A DNA stretch of 63,853 nucleotides, filler included, from Folioceros fuciformis (lineage: Eukaryota): assembly GCA_049999805.1 (NCBI GenBank). It is 10 parts of 10 records of this genome, joined end to end, with 100 filler letters (N's around TTAATTAATTAA, not from the genome) between each part and the next. Parts side by side here need not be neighbours in the genome. Positions count along the whole stretch, not along the records: positions 37,515 to 41,159 come from JBNGIO010001212.1; positions 41,260 to 48,861 come from JBNGIO010001213.1; positions 48,962 to 51,305 come from JBNGIO010001214.1; 7 more parts are not named here. One strand, 5' to 3'. Of this stretch, positions 37,639 to 50,519 are shown piece by piece. The notes below the pieces were generated by a model. That model saw only the letters and a list, made by a program, of their open reading frames with translations, ran no database searches and was not told the origin of the DNA. The position numbers and the translations under genes were made by a program. Positions within the stretch are counted from its first letter, which is position 1. The number at the start of each line of letters is the position of its first letter.

Positions 37639-38267
37639 TTAACACAAATCATTCCTTTGGGATCGAATCCCAATGCTATAACGACCAACAGGGTTTGTGT
37701 AGACCTCACAGCACCCCTGGGTGCAATATTTTTCCCCCACAGCTATCAACCCACTGAACCGTCTTAATGCCGGTGGGTCCAAGCGCACTCGTTTCAACTT
37801 GAGCGTGCTCATGCCCTCAGCTAGGGTTGCGTGAAGCCCTGCCAAGTCGATTGCGTCCACATCCGCGTCGTCTTCAAGCAGTGCGGCATGCACCACAATG
37901 TCGGTGACCTTGGGTCGTTGGGATCAAAGCGTGCATCGTACCCCAGCTTCTTCACCATCGCGACAAGGTTCTCGCAAGCACCATTCTGCTGCTTGCGCGA
38001 TGCTGGTCCTAGCATGACCACACGCCCTATCCAAAACACGCGCAGCGTCAGGTAAGGCCCCAAGGACCCGCTGAGTTGCACCCTCACCGTTGCCATGGCT
38101 CCACTGTTTTGCTCAGGATGGTACACCACATTGGGAAGGTGGAGAGCCAAGTGAGTCAAGTCGATTTTTTATTATCAAGGAGGATGCTTGTGCACTTGGA
38201 ACATGGAACGGGCAATGGAAGATGGTTCCATGTTATCTATAAGAGCTACTTCATCATCGCTGCACAC
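37639..38267 (-). pseudogene. Highly divergent TATA-binding-protein-like pseudogene (no intron within the visible domain)
   Basis: KIDLTHLALHLPNVVYHPE...LTLRVFWIGRVVMLGPASRKQQNGACENLVAMVKKLGYDARF parallels TBP repeat 1. After a frameshift, KVTDIVVHA...IDLAGLHATL...FSGLIAV parallels repeat 2. Three in-frame stops lie upstream. Confidence 0.62.
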
Positions 38268-39689
38268 CTGATTGTGTACAGATAAAGGGATTTTAATTGA
38301 TATGATAAATAATTGTTGAATAAAAAGCATACTTTAGTTTGATTCTTCAGATAAGTACATATTATTGGGTGTTGTGGCCTCGGGAAGAGTGATAGTGTGA
38401 AATAAAATAAACGAGAAGGCATGGACACACAAGTTAGGACAAGCCAGCGAGTGGAACGGTCACTATCGAATATGAAAGAAAGACCGCAGACAGGTTTGGT
38501 TTTCGTTATGGAGCTCTAATTTACGAAACGTGATGTCTGCTAAATTGACGTTCAACCCAGTAACGGTTAAACCAAAAACAAAACGATACCTTGCACTTCT
38601 CTGGAAAGAGACACCTTACTGACAGATCTGGGTTATATCGGTCCTCATCTATGCTGAAGTGACTGCTAATTTGGCAAGACCGTTGATTGTTAGACTAGAG
38701 ATGAGGCATACACCGTCTAACATGCTTTTGTCACAAGCCCGAGCTACCGCGCGCTCTCCTGACTTTGGGACAAGGCTACCTCGTTATCCCTGGCGCCCGC
38801 TCATCGTATGAGACAAAGACTACCACATGTTGCGGCTTCACACAGGGCCAAGACGGAACATAAACAAAAACGACCACTCATACTTCCCCCCAGTGCCTTC
38901 CTCGCACCAATGGACACAAATCCTGCACGGCCCCATTCTAGCTTGCCTACAAGTGAGAACACACTAAGTCAAAATTACAGTCGGCCCCCAATAACCCAAC
39001 CCGTTCACACAATCCTTAGCACATTTTGCCCATCAGCGTGTTGGTAAATAGCGTCTTGTGCTCCACCAGCCAACCAACCAACCAAATGTGAAGTTCTTGC
39101 CGTAACCTCTCATAGCCTGAACTCATACGACCTGATGCAAGAGCAATATTCACATAATACAGCGCAATTCCAAGGCCAGCCAAAGCCAAGTGCCATTCCA
39201 TTTCGATAAGCGAATGAGCAATTGCGCCAGATATTGCCAATAGAGATTCTCAATACAGTAACAAGTAAAGCCACTAATCCAAGGTGGCGAGCAATTGCTG
39301 ACTCCTCTGTTGTGGCATGTCTCCTGCCTTCAAGCTCATCTCCACCACCGTCATCCTACATGTTGCCCCGAATCGCAGTGACATACAGGCTCTTGGCTTG
39401 CTCGTGTTGCTCGGGACTCTGTTCCGCCCTTACTGATTGGAGTTTCGATTTGAAGTTCCTTCAGGACTGCGTCACAACTTCACAATGCCTCGAAACCTCT
39501 GGAGTCTTGCCAGCCAGGCATCATCACAATGACAGCTTTAACCGTGCTTCCATGGCACAGCCTGAGAGACAACACTGCAGCCTATCCAGCCTCTGGCATG
39601 TCCTCTTGTCAAAGATGTCAGACATGTGAAGAAAGTCTTCCTTGAAAGGGATGCATAGTATCCTCAACAGTTCCAAGCTAATAGACACA

Positions 39690-41159
39690 CTATGGGCCTG
39701 TTCCTGCTTTCTGGACAGCAACCCATACCTGCTTCTCACTCCCTCCAAGTGCAATTGCACCCCCTCGCTTCACACCTTTGCCAACATCAGGCACCCCAAG
39801 AAAGCTTTCCGCCTCCTTCAACCCTTGATGAAAACTGCGGTCCCTTCTGCCAACCTGCTTGGGCGTTCCGCCTAGCTCATTCCAAATTGAAGGAGCCTCC
39901 TGTTTTTTCCTATCCTTCAGTGTGACCGACTGGAGCACCGGACAGCTGATAGTTTCACCATTATCCAAATGGCCTTGACCTGACAGACCCTTCAAGTCCA
40001 GGATGCTGGGCTGGTTTCTGCCTTCAGTCTCAATAGGTGTCAAACTGTCTTGACCAACGTGTGGAACAATGGCCCGTGCCCCTCGAGACAATCGGAGGAA
40101 CTCTGGGTACCTGCCTTTCCTAGAAGAGGGCGAGAACGTTTCCGACAGGGGGTCAGATTGATTAACAGTATCTCCTTGGCCAGTTTCTGCCCCTCGGTCA
40201 ACCGTGACAAACATCTGCCCTGCAATAGACTTCCCTCCCTGGCGAGGATGTGGACTGCGGATGCTCCTGTCTGCCTTGGAAGTCACATCAGTCGAAGGCT
40301 GAGAGACCCCAGCAGCTGCGCCAGCCGTTGTTGCTGACATTCCGGAAGTGGCAGCTGGTAATGACGCTGATCCAGAGGGAGCACCGGTCAGCGCAGGATC
40401 TGGAACACCATCAGCACGGCGGCGAGGTGTCCAAACAGGACGATCAGGCCTGTCCTTGTTCCTGACCCTCCTCGCATCCTGTTTCTCCGATCTAGAACCT
40501 GCCAAGAATGCATCGGCAGACCCATGATTACATGAAGTTCCGTTCCTCACCCCATGAGAGGGGCTCTGCTGCACATCCCCATCCTCAGGAGTGCCGGCAG
40601 ACAAAGACAAAGTAGCAAGGTGTTCCTTGCCAGATACCCTAACGCCTGGCCTGGGAGGCCTCTTACCTTTATCAGCCTGCTGAAAGGGCTGTTGCTGTTG
40701 TGGCTGCTGGTTCTGACTCTCTTGCAAGGGCGTGTGCGGGGAACTAGGCTGCAGAAGAGACAGCTGGTTAGATGCCATACCTCGAAAACCCCTCGCCCCA
40801 GCTTCCTTGCCGTGGCTTGGTTTCGAGTTGGCGGAGACAGAACCTGCTCCTCCTAAGTGGGAAACCTGCAACGAGCCATGCTTGGGAGATTGTGGTGGAC
40901 GACTGCGATGAGTGTATGAACCACTGCCTGCTGCTACACCGCAAAGCACAACGAGGGTGAGGCAAAAGAAAGAAAGCCCTACACCACCGTCTGCAATCTG
41001 CTCAAGCGAAAAACAGAACAGTCAGTCCTCGAAACCCTACCTGGAGAAGGGCCCCGAGAGTCAGCATCCGGCAGGCCATCTTGACCAGACTTGGTACCCT
41101 GAACATGGTCGCCGCTACCGGAGTCCGCGCGCAGACTGGTCCGGGCGGACGACAAAGCG
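39690..41159 (-). CDS. UPF3: 3' part of nonsense-mediated decay factor UPF3
   Basis: RRVRNKDRPDRPVWTPRRRADG and the C-terminal GVKRGG...GGSEKQVWVAVQKAGTG match plant UPF3 C-terminal motifs. The RRM/Smg4 domain is outside this contig. Confidence 0.78.
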
Positions 41160-41259
41160 NNNNNNNNNNNNNNNNNNNNNNNNNNNNNNNNNNNNNNNNN
41201 NNNTTAATTAATTAANNNNNNNNNNNNNNNNNNNNNNNNNNNNNNNNNNNNNNNNNNNN

Positions 41260-41759
41260 ACGCTCCTGGACAGCCCGCTGTCAACCTCGACTTCTGGGGT
41301 CAGCTCTCCCTCCTCCCTCTCGCTCTTGTCCGAGCCCTCCCTCAAAGCCCCCACCTTCATGCCAGCCTTGTCGTCAGCCGCAGGCAGGGCCGGAGTCGGA
41401 GCTTCCCTCCCAGAGAGCTGGCTCACATACCTCACCTTCCCTCGGTCCTCCCTCTCGGAGCGGGTTCTCTTGGGGGCAGAGCGGTGCGAGTGAGGCCTAG
41501 CGGAGCCGTGGCTGCCGTGCCCGTTCCTGTCTCGGTCCAACCCATCCTTGTGCCTTCCGAGGTCCTTGATGGAGCGGGTCTTAGAGGGAGGCACATCCTC
41601 CTCCTCCCCGCTGCCGCAGCCCTCCTCCTTCACCCCACCACAGCCGATCCTCCCGTCCTGCACCCGCTCCCGCACATGTTTCTCTCCTCTGAGCGCATTG
41701 CCACTCCCGGGACTCGAGGAGCCCCCCACATGCTCAACACCCGACCTGGCCCGCTTCAT
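41260..41759 (-). CDS. 5' end of a nuclear protein, possibly OBERON4/TITANIA-like PHD protein
   Basis: MKRARS start, DRDR...RSERED and SEREEGEL motifs reminiscent of OBE4 N-termini. The PHD domain is not visible (contig end). Confidence 0.45.
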
Positions 41760-43526
41760 GAAGGAGCCCAGACACCCAATTCCACAATCACATGCGGCGG
41801 GTCCGCATCCCCATGTAGCCAAGAATAGCAAAGAAATCGGCGGCGTTCAGCGTGAGCTGGGCGAGTGGGGATTCTTCGCTCTGCTCTACCACTATGAGCG
41901 AGAGCGGACGGTTCGCAGAGCGCGCAGATCACAAATCCTCACGGCCTGAGGGGGAGAAGCAGCAAGAATCAGGGGGGATCGAGGACAGCGGCAGCGTCGG
42001 CAGGAGGATCCAGAGAGACCGAGGACGGTCCAAGGCAGCTGTTACTGTGAAACAACCGGTGACCGATGTACTGGTATTACCAGATCACCCAAATTTTTCA
42101 CCCCTTCATTTTCTGCCGCGTCAACCCAATATCGTAACCACTCCTTACCGCCACCAGGGTTCCTCATCAATTTTGGTTACAACCCGTTTATAAAAATGCG
42201 CCAACCATAGTACACCTTGCTTTATCATACGTTAAGATGATGATCACAATCACAATTATTATTCACCATATAAGTTTTTATAATACTATATAATATAAAA
42301 ACTTAGTACTAATGAACGGAAATCCTCTTTGAACTCAAATAAGGAGAGAAAGAGTCCAAGTCCGACTATAATAACTCCACTAAACACAGAACTAAGGACA
42401 TAAGTCATCCTTTTTTTCTGAACTTCTAAATAACTTGTTAAGTAAAGAAAAAAATAGTTGTATTAAAAAATTAAATATTATATCAAATATTTAAATATTT
42501 AAATATAAAGAAAATTTTATTATATGCTATTATACTATAAACCAACGTAAAAAAGGCTCTCATAGAAGAAAGCAAAGGGAGAACCCAAAGGTACCCAAAA
42601 CGAGGCAGATAGAAATGGTCCAAATGAAAGACAAGCATTACCCGTGTCCCTAGTCCCTGATGCAAATGTCTGGGGCGTGATGTTGTCAGCTTGCCTGTTA
42701 GTTCGTTTCGAGGTCGACTGCTGACTGAATTTCCCTTGTCCGTGGTCGAGGCGTGGAGTCAGATGTTTCCTGTAGTCGAGTGAAAGCCCCCCTCAGTGCT
42801 TCCATCTCTGGAAGCAATCTCTGTAAGGGAACCACTGGTGCAAGTTTTTTGGGCAGTGCCTACAGAGAATTCCTGGGGTGATCGTGGTTCGAAACTTGAT
42901 TTGTTACATTGTGCAACGGGACAGCTCTTGGAGTGTCGCATGTTTGATGTGCTCATGGGGAGGCACTCTGTGCTCGCACCCTTGTGTCCACACCCTTGTG
43001 AGAAAACCACCACAGATTGAGGAGCTTGCCAGAAGAGGAGCGTGTGGACTCCTGCTGGAAGAGGAGCGTGTGGATTCCATTTTGGTTCGCAAGGAGGAAG
43101 TGTCCAAGCGTGTGTTTCACGTCGGAACTCAACGTTGGATTCATCCACATTCTCGACCCAGCTCATACTAACATAATCGAAAAACCTGAATCCACGTGAG
43201 TGGAGACAACGGGCATCCATGTGCGTGGAGATGAACGTGAATCCACGTGAGTAGAGATAGCGTTCAAAATAAGCTAGACATCGAGCTGGCAACAGGCGGG
43301 CTTTTATGTCATTGAATACAAGAATACAGGAAAGGTAATAGGTATCTACCTATTAACCATGATCATAGAAAAACGACATGTTGACTTACAGTACAACAGA
43401 TCAAAACCTACAATCAACAATACCCTACATAATCTGATGCTTTGTTCCAACGTCACAGCACTCGACCCCTTCGATGGTCGGGTTAGATTAGAACCACCTA
43501 GGACAAGGATGGAAGTACTGAGCAAC

Positions 43527-46500
43527 TTACTTAGGATCTGTTGGGCTAAAGCATTGGCAACTGAACATGGACCGCTTCGCCCTAGGAAAAGTTTCCGCAT
43601 CCTCATTGCCGGTCTCCTTGGCCGCGTTCTCAGCCACGCTCGGTGGAGAACTTCTCACTCTCTCAATGATCCTCTTCAGGAATGGACTTTTCGGAGACGC
43701 AACAACCTTTGTTTCCTGGGAGGGCTGGACCTCCAGGTGCTCGGCCACATGCTCCTCTTCCAGCAAATTCCTCAATCTGTGGTGATGGGGCTTTTCGACA
43801 GCCTGGCCCCCATTTTCTACACTTACCTCACACTTTGAAAACCCTTCGCTCGTCACTGGCTGCACTCGAACTGGGGAAGCAGCATGCTCTGCTTCACCGG
43901 AATCTTTGTGTGCAGGTGAAGCCCTCCCTCCAGGTATTTCGGTACCAGCCTTGGCATCCCCAACCACAGGTGCAACTGTTTCAGTTTCGGACAGTTCTTT
44001 AGCCGTCTGATTCAGAATGTTATGCTCAGAAATTGTAGACGCCAACGATGATTTTGCCTCAGGAGCAGCATTCCTGTCCACTCCTTCCTGGATATGTGTC
44101 TCGTCAAGGACACCTTGTCCTGGTACAATGCCAACGGCATTGTTAAAAACCGTCCTTGGCAGCAGGCGAGCGAACTATGGATCTACACAACCCTTGTCTA
44201 CCCAGCAAAAAGTATGTTGTTAGGAATGGAAATTCCTACCTGTGATTGATTCGGTCACACCGGATTCTGCGTGTGCACTGCGGTCATTCGTCATCTCCGT
44301 CTCTTGTTTACTATGTTGTCGAATATCATCACCTTGCAAGTCAGCAGTTAACCTTCCACTGTTCTGCAAAAGCTTTTCTTCAACCTCTGGTTTCCAAGAG
44401 TCCTCAGCAGGAAAGACGTCTGATCTGCTTTCTGCTGAATAGTGCTTCAGATCATTGTCGAGAAGCTGTTCCCACAATTCCTTCTCACGACTTTCGGTGA
44501 TGCATGCTGCACCCAAACGATTCATTACTACTCAGACGAAACAGGGGGCCAAGGACGGCCCTCTTGACGACATAGCTCTTTGATCAAGACACATCTTCCC
44601 ACACATCTTACTGGAAAACTGCCAACAAATTCCGATGTGAAACCAAACTCGTACCTCCGGTTCCGTGCTGCACCTTCCTTAAGGGCTGAGTTACTGGAGG
44701 TTCGATCTCAGGGTTTGCCTCGGGTTCCACTGTCTGGCTTTGGACAACAGCAGCATCAAGTCCGTCATTTTCACCCAGCGCCTGCTCATGAAAGTCTTCT
44801 TGTTCGACAGCTGATGTATCAGACTGTGCAGTGGATGATTCAACTCCCGATTGAACCAAGTCAGCCTCCGAGGGATCCCTTTCCATCGCCAGAGCCACTG
44901 AACGCGAGGAATCCACATCTTCATCAGATACGCCATTCCCTGCGTGCAAAACAACAGGATCACAAGAACTAGGCTCCGCCATAGAACTGGACAATTCCTG
45001 AGCAGACTCAGGTTCAGAAGGCTTCATAAGATCCACGTCGACGGACAAGCTAGAGGCATCATCCCTGGGCCTGTTATCTTCCGCCGCTTTAAGGTCATCA
45101 GCGAATGTGACCTTTCTGGGAGCTACCTCTGGTAAAGGTTCCTCTCCCATGGCAGCCCTTGTACTCAAGATTTGCTCGCTATCAACGACAGGAGGCGCCG
45201 GTCTAGCAGGACCTTCGTTACCGGTGTCCTCCAACTGCGAGGCAATCCTCACATCCGTGTGGTGTGCTTCGTCCTCACACTCAAGCTGGCGGTCAACTGC
45301 AAGACTTGGTTCCAAATTCTCAGTAATGCTAGCTGGAGGTTGAGATCCCTTCGATAGGTCTGAAACTACTTCAGTAGTAAGCTCTGGGTCCAATTCCACA
45401 CCAGAAATCTCCAAAGGTGCATCATGATCCAGGGCCTCGCTAGGTTCCAAGATACCATCTGCTTCTCCGCCACGAACCTGAACTGTTTCGGGAATAACAG
45501 AATCAAGTGAAGGTTCGTCGGTTGAGGTCCCAGTTTCCGCCCCGACGGAAGATAGTTCATCGAATTGGACTTCGTCATGGGACTCGGCCACCCCAGGAGC
45601 AAATACCTCATTACCGGATTCCGGTAAATCTTTCTCCATGTCGTCCTTCCGAACCACCTCATCGTCTTCGGCTTGAGTTGCCAGTTCGGGTTCAGAATCT
45701 ACCGCCTGACTCAACTGAAGAATCCGCTCGTCGTGAGTATCACCGGGCACCTCACTTTGTGCCTTTTGAGGTGTATCTGCTGTCGTACTCTCCAACTGCT
45801 CGGCTGCTCCACCTTCGATAACTCCAGGATCACAGCCTCTGACTTCGGTAGAAGACTTCTCAGCACCTCCACCCTGTAAATCACATGATTGGAGTCCCTT
45901 CGACTCTTCAAGTAGCACCTCCGTGAACTCTACATCGGCATTCGAGCTTAAACCCTGACCTGCAGAGTCCAAAACGTTGACCTCTCCAGTGTGTACCTCT
46001 GGTAAGCCTATCTCGAACTCTCCGGTCTTAGCTTCAGGGGCAGTAGATGTTTCAGGTTCTTCCAACTTCTTACAGGCCTCTGGTGCATCTGAGAAGCTAC
46101 TTTGCAAGGCCTCATCTTTCAACGCCTCCCCAGCTCCTGAGGAAACAACAGTGTCCAAGGGCTCTCCTTGCAGATGGCGATCATCAAGAGCCCCAGGATT
46201 GCTCGTCGCTTCCGCAGGTTGAGATGCGACTTGGTCTTCAGGGCCACTGTCCGCAACATGATCAAGCGGTGGCTCCAAGATAGGCACCATTTCCGGGAAG
46301 AGAAGTCTCTTGGCAGGAGACGAGTAGGGTGAGCCTCTTGGAAGAACATTCTTCTTGCCAGGCGTCCTGGGGCTGCTCTCATCGATGATAATTCTTTTCT
46401 CGTAGTCCTCCACCCTTGCTTTCACACTGAGCGAACGGAGGGAATCCTTGTCCAGACGCTGGGCTTGGATACCCTCCTTCGGAAGCGCAGTGTCTTCTTG

Positions 46501-48119
46501 CCCATCACTGCTCAGACCTGATAGCTGGACATCATCCACTACACGCACTCCAGAATCTGTTACTGGTGGGCTGGTTGTCACATCTCCTGGTTCCACAAAT
46601 GGCAGAACAGGCTTCGCACTTTTCCCTGCCAAGGACGAGGATAAGCAATCAAATGCGCACAAGCCGACAGATGTACATCATCGCCAGTTTTATCGCACGA
46701 AAAAAAGGTTGGGGGAAACCTCTTTCATGTGGGGATTCATCATCAGAGGAGGCATCCGAGGAAGAGCCCCCGTCCAAATGATGCCCTTTCTCCTTCTTCG
46801 CCTTTATCTCAGAGCAGTGTTTTTTATGGTTCCGTCTGTGTTTGGCACTGGGATGCGGATTAGGATACGTCCACCCACATTCACGGCAGGTCCACAGGTC
46901 CTCCTCAACGGACTTCCCTGTTGCACGAGGGGTCAGATTTTATGGACAACCGAGTATACCTCTCCAGGCAAGGGACAAAAAATCAAGTTAGGTTTTCGGA
47001 CAAACGAAAAACAGTTAGCCAGCAAGAAAAAAAAAAATCCACACCGTGGGAGACATTCTTACCTGCCGAGGACTTTGGGACGACTGGAGATTGAACTTGT
47101 GACTTTGAGGCACTGCTAGGACTGAGCATTTTGGACACTATTCCCTGACCTTCAGGAGGTCCTGCCATCCCATGAGTTACCCTCAGTCTATTACTTCTCC
47201 CAGTTGCTACACTAGTTTTGAGAAACAAAAAAAATTGTCAAGCAAACGTGCTCAGCTGCCAAGAGGCTTAACTGAAAAAAGTATCTTCTGAGACCCTGTA
47301 CGGGAGCTCGTTACGTGCATCGTTCAACAGGGGAGAAAAGAAGCAGGTGGTAATGCGGCAAGCAGATCGCTAGTTCAAAAAAAAACATGGACTGCGACGA
47401 AGGATGATCCAGCATCAGTTACCTCCGGGCACAGTGCCGACGGGCTTGGTTTTCTGACTGCTGGACACAGGAGACGGACTCTGGTGTTTTTTCTCCGACG
47501 AACCAAGTGGCTTCCTCTCCGTGGGTTTAGCAACTGGGGTCTTGATGACGGGGGACTTGGCGTCGGGCTTACCAGTGACTTTCCGCTCGTCCGACTTCCG
47601 GAGGTCCTTCTTGATATCGTGTCTAAGAGGCTGCTTCTTGGCATCCAGCTTGGGCGACTGCTGCTTCCGTTCCTCACTCTTCAGTGGCTGCTTCTTGTCA
47701 TCTGAGTGAAGTGGCTGAACTTTTTCATCCTGTTTGCTGACGTTCTTGTCATCCATCTTAGTTTCCGATTTTTTCTCATCCACTTTCGCAGCTGCTGCCG
47801 GGCTAGAGTTGAGTCCCCTGGTAGTTTCGTCCCCGACTCCCAGCGAGGATCGCACCCTGCGCTTCACCTGCTTGTCTCCAGAAGTCGGCGAAGGGGGCAA
47901 AAGGTCGGCAGCCGGAGTAACGCCCTTGGAAGGGCTCTTCACATGCGGGCTCTTCGCCTCCGTCTCCTGAGCTGCACCATCCTTGGTCCGCGGAGACTTG
48001 TCCCCAAGACTGGAGGGAACGCTCCGTTGCCTCGCCTTGGCGTCACCTTTCGGTTCAACTCTGGATCTTGGAGACTGAGACTTGGGGGACGGGGTGGACG
48101 GTTTCCCTCCAAAACTCAT
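43527..48119 (-). CDS. Large multi-exon low-complexity protein (basic S/P/K N-terminus, long acidic centre, C-terminal FSCQCF)
   Basis: Co-oriented ORFs 48119-47415, 46662-44608, 44525-44220 and 44081-43527 with plausible GT/AG ends. No recognisable folded domain. Confidence 0.7.
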
Positions 48120-48961
48120 CCTGGACGCCCCAGACTAGATCTGTCCGCGCCAAGAAAAAACGCGTCTGCAACTCCCAAGCAGCGACGGCATTGCGCAAAT
48201 ATCACACCTTCGCCCCAACGCCCCGACAGCTGTGCACCAACCGCGAACAATCAGAACCACACACACACACTCTCTCTGCAGCACAAAAAGCACAAATCAA
48301 AAAATACGAAAGGGCGTCGGGGATCCTTGTCAACCGCATCAGCCAAGCTGAGCGACACTGCTTCCGTAGAAGCGACGACTTGACAAAACAAGCAGCTTAG
48401 GTCAAACAAACACACAGCCATCAGTGCTGATCGCCGCAAACAATTCTACTGATCCTCAACCGAGAGCACCCGCTCTACGGTTCCTCGGCCACCATCGTTG
48501 AACCGGTCTAACCAGCCGCACACAGCTCCCAGGATCTCAAATGCTGCGACAAATCTTAAAATGCCAGCCTGAGGCTCCATACTACAGTGCATCAACCGCG
48601 TCATCCCACTCCACATGATAAGCAACGTCCGCTCCGGCACCGCAAGCTGAATAAACGCAGAAACCGACTCCAAACGAGCCACATTTGTGCGGCCCTTCCA
48701 GCACAACAAATGACATGATGTGGCTCAACAAAGCCGTCACCATTTCCGCTCCTCGGCAACGATCCCTGTAAAAGAACCGGCAGCGGGAGCAGATCCTACT
48801 CCCGGCTCCGCCCCACGGCCCCGGAATCCGCCAGACCCGGGGACAGCGGCAGCTTCCGGGCNNNNNNNNNNNNNNNNNNNNNNNNNNNNNNNNNNNNNNN
48901 NNNNNTTAATTAATTAANNNNNNNNNNNNNNNNNNNNNNNNNNNNNNNNNNNNNNNNNNNN

Positions 48962-50115
48962 TGGCCGAGGAACCATTTTGGCTGGAAGCTGATTCCGCTG
49001 AATAAGCTCCCGTATTCAGGCCAGGTTCCGGCTGCTGATCACATTGCTTCTTACCTCCTCTCTATCTTTCCCACTACTCATACTCCTCCCTTGGAGGCTG
49101 GCTCAGCCACCAAGGGTGAATAGTTGCAGGGGAAGACTTAGCGGGCGGCCATCCAGGAAGGAAGACCCACCTCATTGGTGGCAGGATGTGCTAGAAGTCT
49201 AAATAAGTGGCTGGTGACAGCCGGCTAGGCTAGTGGTCCTATTAAAATAATATTTGTCAAGTTAGAGAGAGGTGAAGTCAGAGAGAGAGAGAGGCTCCTA
49301 TAAGATCAGGTGAGCCTGTAGGAGGAGGTAGTCATTTAATTTGGGAGTCAGTCTATCACTTCGTGAGCTCTTGGAGGTACTCTCTTCATGAGCTCTTGTG
49401 GTTTGTCCCTGCTTGGTTTAGGACCTGCAGTGTGTTGCCGGCTGTGCAACGTCTGGTAGGATCGCAAGCCGCGTGTTGCCAGTTGTACAGTGTCTAGTAG
49501 GATCACAGGGTGTAATGACCAAGGTGAAGGGGCTTGCCCTTAGCTCTTGATTGTAAAGGATGTGTCTTTCTCTCGACCTGTCCACTCTTGTTCCTTGTTT
49601 GGACATGTGCTGTAGGCCGGTCATGTTTCATGGCGTCTAGTAAGGTTGTGGGGAGGAGATATCCGAGAGGGGAGTGTGTTCCCTTCTTTCTTTTCTTTGC
49701 GGTTAGTCTAGTGCCTCTTGCCGGGTAGGAGGAGTTAGTAGGGAAGTGTAGAAGGTAGTGGTGTCGTTGTTGGTTGCTGGTGTTGGTGTTGGAGCGAGAG
49801 AGTGAGTGAGTGAGTGAGGGAAGTCGCAGATCTAAGAGGTCAGGGTCGTTGTAGTGACTAAAGTGAGTTTGTGGGCACCAAGAGAGGTGCAGTTGACCGC
49901 TGGACAGTGAGGCCTGTCCGACGCCTGATCGGAGCTGGAGGGGAGCCCTCGAATCCATCATCGAGTCGATTGAGTCCGACCCTCCATCCACAGGAGCAAG
50001 GAACCCCATCGCTCCTTCGTGGGAACAAAACCCAATGTCTCAACGATAGTGGGATAAGTGTGGCCACTAAAGGTGGAACCCGTCGGCAATCAGTGCCCGG
50101 GGTTTTGCCTCCACA
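48962..50115 (+). mobile_element. LTR, family A, copy 1 (ends ...GGTTTTGCCTCCACA)
   Basis: High similarity to 51406-52112 and to the reverse complement of 55053-56325. All three share the same CA terminus with unrelated flanks. Confidence 0.85.
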
Positions 50116-50129
50116 CTTTTCACAAAACC

Positions 50130-50513
50130 TAAGGTAAGTAATTCTTTATCCAGAACTAGATTCCACTCTCTTGCAAAGTGCTTAAGTCCATAAAGCGTTT
50201 TGATTCATTTACAAATCAACTGCTCTTTGCCTTTCACCTCATATCCAGGAGGTTGCTGCATGTAAATTTCTGTGTCAAGTTTTCCATACAGGAAAGCTGT
50301 CTCAACATCTAACATTTGCAGTTCATAATCCTTGCAGGCTGATATGGCACATAGGATTCTAAAAGTTGACAGCTTAACAACAAGAGCAAAGGTTTCCAAA
50401 TAGTCCAATCTAGGTACTTGAGTAAAACCTCTTGCTACAAGTCTTGCTTTATATCTGTAAAAGGTGCTATCTGCCTCCACCTTTGTTATGGACAATAAAT
50501 GATATCCTAACAC
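50130..50513 (-). mobile_element. Ty1/copia reverse transcriptase fragment
   Basis: RYKARLVARGFTQ...DYLETFA...LDVETAFLYGKLDTEIYMQQPPGY. Confidence 0.92.
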
Positions 50514-50519
50514 AGATTA

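Noticed and set aside
49418-50137. Short ORFs repeated in the three family-A copies
   Set aside because: They recur only because the LTR is repeated, and their frames and stops vary between copies.
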